Source: the human T2T-CHM13v2.0 reference genome, Homo sapiens. From it: a stretch of 64,000 bases of DNA. The notes below the pieces were generated by a model that worked only from the letters and a program-made list of their open reading frames with translations, was not told where the DNA came from and ran no database searches. The translations under genes and the position numbers were made by a program. The stretch lies in NCBI RefSeq assembly GCF_009914755.1, contig NC_060937.1. One strand, written 5' to 3'. Below, one piece after another: positions 56,616 through 64,000 of the stretch; the first letter of the stretch is position 1, and every line of letters starts with the position of its first letter.

Positions 56616-57939
56616 TGATAGAGTCTTCCCATATTGGCAACACCTGTGTCTAAACAACCAGAGAAAATACTTTGGGAAGAGATGTCATAAAAGAACTGAA
56701 ATCAGCAAAAACCCCCAGGTGGGATATATTACCTCTCCTGCTTACAAAATTTATCTTTCAGGTTGTCTGAATTTTTTCACTTCACTTTGTCAAATGGCCT
56801 GAAATGTTTTTCCCTTGGGAAAAAAATGGTGAAGAAAGGAAAGAAAGAAGAGGAGAAAAATTCTGTTTTCTAAAAAATAGCACTATAAACACACAATGAT
56901 ATCACTCATCCAGACAACAGTGTGAATTAATTTAATCTACCCACTTCTCTTCTTCCTCCTGGCAGAGATCAGCTGCAACACTGCCACTGGGTGGGGAGAG
57001 AGAGGCAGAACGGGTGGTCTGGAGAAAGGGCTCCCAGTCACAGAGATGCCACAGTGGCACCTCTGGGTATCAGTTAGGACACTGATGTTGGAGACAGGAG
57101 AGTGCCCCAGAAGGCAGATAAGGAGTGCAGAGAAGGAGTCAGAACATGCTAATGACACACTTAGCCTCTTCCATTCTAGAAATTTGCCTAGGACAGGTGA
57201 GTGCCAAGGACAAGTCAAGATCCCTTTCCTTTTCTGCATGCACTGAGTCCTATTCCATAATGAATTATAGAATTAATTAACATCAGCAATTTAGCTACAT
57301 TGTGTCCCAAAGACATTTACAAACAGGCCTAGCACAGTGCATACACAGCAGATTTTCCAAGGGCAACAAATGCCCTTAAAATACCAAAATGCTGCTTTAC
57401 AAATTAATGTTTAGGAAACTTCTAGCCAAAGGTTAGATATAACCTGAATCCTGTTCCACTGATGCACATAACGAAGGTAAATACCAGAGATATATTCCTA
57501 CAAATAAATTTATTTTTAATGTGCATCCGTCCTTTCTACGGATACACTTAATTAGTAAAATAAATGAAACAATAACTTTTGGCATCACTTGCCAAGAATG
57601 TTGAAGATTGAAATCGAATGATTAAATCTTTTAACCTAGAATGTAATGGGCACTTTTCTTCCCAAAACTCCACCTTCCTAATTCATCCTTATGCGAAATG
57701 AACAACGGATGAATTTCCATATTTCCATGGAAACCAGCAGGAGTCGCTTGCCCATCTGACAGGTGAATGCACAAGCCCATAGTGGAACACGTTCCCAGAC
57801 TAACATTTTTCTCTCTCTGCCGCCCTACGTATCCGTGATCACCAGCACACAGCCCTATGTAGCCCACAAAGTCTTTCTCCCTGTTGCTCTCTGCACACCA
57901 GCCAGCAGCAGGTAAAATGTACAAAGCACCAACCATGGG

Positions 57940-58110
57940 CTGCTCTAAGTGCCTTTCTTCTAATCCTGATGACAGCCGTTGAAACTGGTGCTATTGGCCC
58001 AATTTTGCAGATGGGAAAACTGAGGTTCAATGAAGTAAGGGGTTCACTCAAAGTCACCAAGCAAGCTAATGGTCATGTTAGACTCTCCACCAGCTACTGT
58101 GCTGCTTGGG
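57940..58110 (-). mobile_element. MIR
   Basis: ttttgcagatgggaaaactgaggttc..caaagtcac. Confidence 0.7.
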
Positions 58111-58587
58111 AGAGCAGGTAGGTGGGTAAAGGGAGTTGGGAGAAGGCAGAAGGGGGAACAAACATTGAAGACTCACTGTTCACTTTACAACTTAACTCTC
58201 AGTCAGGCTAGGTATCAACCCAGGTGGACAGAAGGAGGCTCCCTCTTCACCCATGAAGATCTCAGCCCCAGAACACAGCCTGCATATCGCCTTTACAGCA
58301 GGAGCTGTGTCCTACCCTCACAACCAAGCCTGAAATCTGTCATTGTATCTCCACCAGGATCACCAGAGAGGCTTTGCATAAGTGCACAGACTGTAAGCGG
58401 CTAGGCTGAAGATGACAGGACAGCAGCTATAGCTATTACTAGCATTGTGAAGATTATGCTGTATGTGACCGTGAGCAAAGAGAACGAGAGGGTCTCCTTT
58501 CTTCCATGCTTCCTTGTTTTATCATTTTCATGTGCCCCAACAGCTCTTAAGATGTCCCAAAATATCCCTTTGGATCATATATTATGA

Positions 58588-58954
<367 letters not shown>

Positions 58955-59061
58955 AGCATTTTTATTAACTAAGCTTTGCCACAAGAATGACATAGAATGT
59001 GAAATTAACGTAAAGTCATAAGCATGGAAATCATTGACATATATAAATGTTCTCAATTTTA

Positions 59062-59386
<325 letters not shown>

Positions 59387-59434
59387 AAATAACGTATTTT
59401 CTCCTGGGTTGCTACCCAAAGTCTCACTGATGAC

Positions 59435-59746
59435 AACGATTCTCAAATCTGACTGCACATTCAAATCACCTGTGGATCTTTTACACACCATGGTACCTAA
59501 GCCCCAGCCCAGACCAAGTGAATCAGGCAGGGCAAGGCCTGGATGTTGTTTAAAAATTCCTGGATGATACAAAAAAGCTTCTATAACTGAGACACTTTAG
59601 GGTAATTTGCATCACCTGGGGATATTTTTTAAGTACTGGTGCCTGGACCACCCCCACCCACGAGATTTCCATGTAATTGGTCTGGGATGAGCCTATACAA
59701 AGCTCCCCAGGTGACTGTAATGTGCAGCCAAGTTTGAGAACCACTG
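59435..59746. mobile_element. Two adjacent MER5-type MITEs
   Basis: ttctcaaatctgactgcacattcaaatcacctg (59440) and tccccaggtgactgtaatgtgcagccaagtttgagaaccactg (to 59746). Confidence 0.7.
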
Positions 59747-60153
59747 CAGAGCCCAAAGAGAAATGATTATTCAATAGAAAAGATGGGAAATTAAAGAGCC
59801 AAAAAAAGTAAGAAAACCATTCACACTTCTCTGAGCAGTTGAAACCCAACACTTCTGGTTCCATTCTGGTCTCCTTCCAAACATAAGCATTAGTGGAGGT
59901 AAAGCTTGCTCCTCACACATCCTCAGGCTGCCTCCTTTCTGTTCCCTCCAAGACTTCCTGCTTAGCTCTTAAAAGCGTGGACTTAGAAACAAAGAACCCT
60001 GGGTTACAGTCGCAGCTGGGTGACTCAGGCAGTGTACTTACCTCCCTGTCCCAGTCCCCTCCTATATAAAGTGATTAGCAAAGAGCTGACACACCGTAAG
60101 TACTCAATAAACACTGGCTGTTCTACTTACTGGTGGTCTTTCTTCAACTCTTG

Positions 60154-60663
60154 TGAGGCAGGAGAATAGGGTCTGGAGGCAGGGAACCTAAGGCTGATTC
60201 ACTCTGACTTCGTAGAACTAAATCAAAAGGAAAACCCCAACTTTCCACACCTAAGTAACAGAAGGACTGGAGGCTACTCCCTTTGCAAACCCCCAACCCC
60301 CTTTCTGCCTGGAAGATGGAAAATTGAAAGTAAGTACCTCTGATTGGTTGCGAAAAGAACCAATCAGATATCTGCATAGGAGTGTAACTTTGTAACTTCA
60401 CTTCAGCCTTGCGGGCCACTACTTTATTTGCATGAGGTGTACACCAAGTGGCCAATGGAAAACCTCTAGAGGGTATTTGGACCCCAGAAGATCCTGTAAC
60501 CATGTCCCTTGAGCCGCTGCTCTGGCGGCTCCCACCCTATGTAGTGCACTTTCACTTTCAATAAATCTCTGCTTTCCTTGCTTTGATGTGTGTTTTGTCC
60601 AATTCTTTGTTCAAAATACCAAGAACCTGGACAACTTGCAGTCAAGACCCTCTACTGGTAACA
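60154..60663 (+). mobile_element. MER51-family ERV1 solo LTR
   Basis: tgaggcaggagaatagggtctggaggcagggaacctaagg start; CCAAT boxes; aataaa; ..ctactggtaaca end. Confidence 0.88.
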
Positions 60664-60674
60664 TTTGTTGGTAA

Positions 60675-60790
60675 TAACTAATAATGATAATTAACACAAA
60701 TAGGCTTATGATGTTCTAGGTCCTGTTCTAAATGCTTTACATATATTACCTCATTTAATTCTCACAATCACCCACAACTCTGAGGTAGTC
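60675..60790 (-). mobile_element. MIR fragment
   Basis: tgttctaaatgctttacatatattacctcatttaattctcacaa. Confidence 0.7.
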
Positions 60791-61999
60791 ATGAGCTTTG
60801 GCAGAAACTAATGTGATCCTCGATCATCCGAAGAGTCCATCGACCCTCTCCCAACAGTTAGGGAGAGCCCAGCACTGCCTTCTCTTTGTCCACCTCTTTG
60901 TAGGTTTAACATCTGCCTAAGCAATTTTACCTGTGTCTTTTCCGTTTGTTGAAAGGCTTCAAACAAAATAACTTGTTTAAAGGCCCAGACACAGTGCCCA
61001 GCACCTAGGACTTTCAGGCAATATATATTTCCCTGTCGTCCTTAATGAGTTTGACTTCTCAAGCCCCTTGGGGATTATTTTCTCCAGAGCAATGTGCCTG
61101 CAGTTCTAAGTTCACAGCCCAGTGAACAGCTGTGCCTTCTGTTCTGGCCCCCAAATTGGCCTGTGGGCTGGCCTACAGGTCCAGTGCTGGGGAATGGCAG
61201 CAGGTGTCAGGCATGAAGGAAGCACATCCGGAAGGGACCACCACTCCTCGGAGAGACATCATTGCCCTGACAAGCTGGCATCTGAATGTCATCTCCTTAC
61301 CCACTCCATCCACCCATTGACCCTACATTCAAGCTAAGTGATTTCCTTCCACCGTTCATTCTTCCCCACAGTCTATAGAGCACTGTACTTCCCCTGAGTT
61401 TGCATCCAGTATATATTTTGAACCCTTCCTCCAGGCCTCCCTGAGCCTCCCATTTAGCTTTGTTGGTTCAATGTAAGCACTTCTTCAAAGTCACCCCTGC
61501 TTTGATGTGCATCCATGCCAAGAATTACCAGTAATGTCTGTATCTTATTCCTGATTGCCCAAACCTTTTACATAGCTTCCTAGAAGCCAACTTTTAAGGT
61601 ATGGTTCAGTAATATCACCACTTCTGAATCATCCATTAACTTCCCTTACTTATGGCTCTGCTTTTTGTCTGGTACTATCTGTCTGGGCATCATTTTTGAC
61701 ATTTTCCTGGCCCTTTATTTTTAAGCCATGAAGTTTACAAAACCAGTTCATCTAAGTATGGGTAAAAACAATTTCTCCCCTTCTAGAAACATAAGGAGGA
61801 AAGCGCATGTAGAAAACCTTTCCGACTATATTGGGGGATTAGAGGTGGGTTCTGAAGATGTTGTGGAATGCTGTTTCCCCATGGTTTCCAGGATAGCTTT
61901 CAGGAATCCTTTTCTGTAGAATAGTCAAAGGGAGCCCCACTGAGTCGTCTGCAGGATTATTATTCAGTGGGAGGAATTCATGATCTGGGGTCCAACTGT

Positions 62000-62220
62000 G
62001 TGAGCTGGGATTCTGAACTCCATTAGGTAGTTGTGAACCTGTGTCAGGTAGCTGAGTATGTAGCCTTAGGCTATACTTTACATTCCTGACTTCAGTTTCC
62101 CCTTCTATATAATGAAGACAATAGGATTGTTGGTAAATCAAAGGAGATAATACATTTTAAAGACCGAGCACACAGTTAATATTCCAGAAATTATTGCCGT
62201 GGTTTTTATTATCATCTTCA
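62000..62220 (+). mobile_element. MIR
   Basis: ttcagtttccccttctatataatg..ataggattgttgg..ggagataatac. Confidence 0.6.
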
Positions 62221-63360
62221 TTATGTTTATTGGGAACTTCTATTCTCCAGGCTGCATCAAAAACTGAGTGCTGGAAAACACATCTGAGAATAGGGAGGCA
62301 GGACTAGATAGGCGTTGATATTCTCCGACTCTGTGGTCAGTGTGCATGCAGAAGGAAGCAGAGCCCCATCCCTGGCATTTCTGGCCCTCTCCCATCCCAC
62401 TTTCCCCATCCTGCTGCCTCACTCCTTCCTCAGCTTGTGCTAGTGACAGCTGAGAGTTTCGACCGTGCAGTCTGGCCCAGCATCTATCTCCTTAACCAGT
62501 ACAAGCCTCTGTCTCCTTAGCCCTGCTCCTCTTCCTCTCCTTTGTTTCCTGAGGGTACTGCTGTAGACTCAGATGAGCTGCTGGTAGCTCAGTGAGGAAG
62601 CACTCAGAGCTCATTTTTCCCCCTTATCATATGAATTGTGTTAAAGACTAAAAATGCCAGGATGCACTCTAAACTAGTAACAGCAGTTGGAGGCGTGGAG
62701 GTAGCAGGGGGAGAAGGAGGTGGTTGAGAGTGTACGTTTTTGACTTTTTATTTTATATAATTTTTAAGCATTGTGATTACAGGTAACATTTGCCTTCTTT
62801 TTAGTGTTTTTTCATTATTCAAATATTTTAACCTGACTCATACCTTTTGAAGATTAAAGAAATGAATAATAAAGATTTATCATTCCAATTAAATGAATTT
62901 TTCTCTGAGTCAGGAATTCCACAGCAGTAATGCTTCTTTCATTTGGGTTCTATAGAATGAATATCCCATGCTACATCTTTGAGCCTTGCAAGATGGTAGA
63001 GGAAATTCACTGCCATGCATGAGAAAGGCCAACAGGGAGTCTGAAGGGGAGAGGATGAGGTGATCCTTAGAAGGAAAGAAGCAACTGCCAGCCAGGGCTT
63101 GGCCTGCAGGTCTCCTGCGTTCCTCCTCCAATACCCTGTATTCTGGAAGAATCTCTGCATTCATCTTCTAAGCTTACTTTGTAGTTGTCTTTTGTAGTTA
63201 GGGCACAGTTAAAAAGAGATTTACTTGCTCAATATTTGACACATGGACTCACCTATTGATGCTAAGTGCTAGACACACATATGGAGCAAAGCAATGTTCT
63301 TTGTGTTCATTGTTAGGCATGCGGTGATGCTTTTGAAAGGCGTGCAGCGCCAAAGGGTAG

Positions 63361-63690
<330 letters not shown>

Positions 63691-64000
63691 ACTCTGTGTA
63701 TTCTTAAATCCAGCTTCAGACCTAGGGTGAGCTCCTATTCAAAACATAAGGTCTAAGTTTATCTCAGTCCATGTGTTGCCAAACTTTCTGCCAAACATCG
63801 CCATAGACACATTTCTCTGAATCTTAAATTCATTCCCATCAACTAAATACGTGCTTAGCGTTGTCATTGTACTTTAATTTAAAAGAGTCCAAACCAAGTA
63901 TAAATGGATAAACCTTTTGGAGGGCAATTCAGCAAGACCTACCAAAATTTATTTTACTTCTATGAATTTACTTGCCTGTGTGCAGAAATAAATGCACACA

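Noticed and set aside
63244-63256. Minus-strand AG|GTGAGT donor
   Set aside because: I could not find a convincing matching acceptor or reading frame, so it is an isolated motif.

Overview
This is primate, most likely human, non-coding DNA (intergenic or deep intronic), about half of it recognisable interspersed repeats. I found no host protein-coding exon I can support: every long ORF comes from L1 or THE1, and the short ones are Alu, LTR or chance ORFs. The largest structure is an 11-kb nest at 5786-16990. An old L1MB was split by an L1MA, which was split by a full-length L1PA2 (ORF1/ORF2 dead, antisense ORF0 intact), and split again by a complete THE1A provirus. That provirus keeps its 1350-nt internal ORF in one frame with only 5 stops. 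Other notable items are a twin-primed inverted L1PA7-like insertion with a ~1.5-kb internal gap, a 5' U2 snRNA fragment inserted into a MER53, and an unexplained ~180-bp inverted duplication at 46158-46969 (~92% identical, 55-bp perfect core). There are also several short local duplications, two close inverted Alu pairs, and a small CpG-rich element with E-box/HRE motifs and a consensus splice donor near 21.3 kb. I see no evidence for a new multi-gene system. Repeat subfamily names come from recalled consensus sequences and need RepeatMasker/Dfam confirmation.
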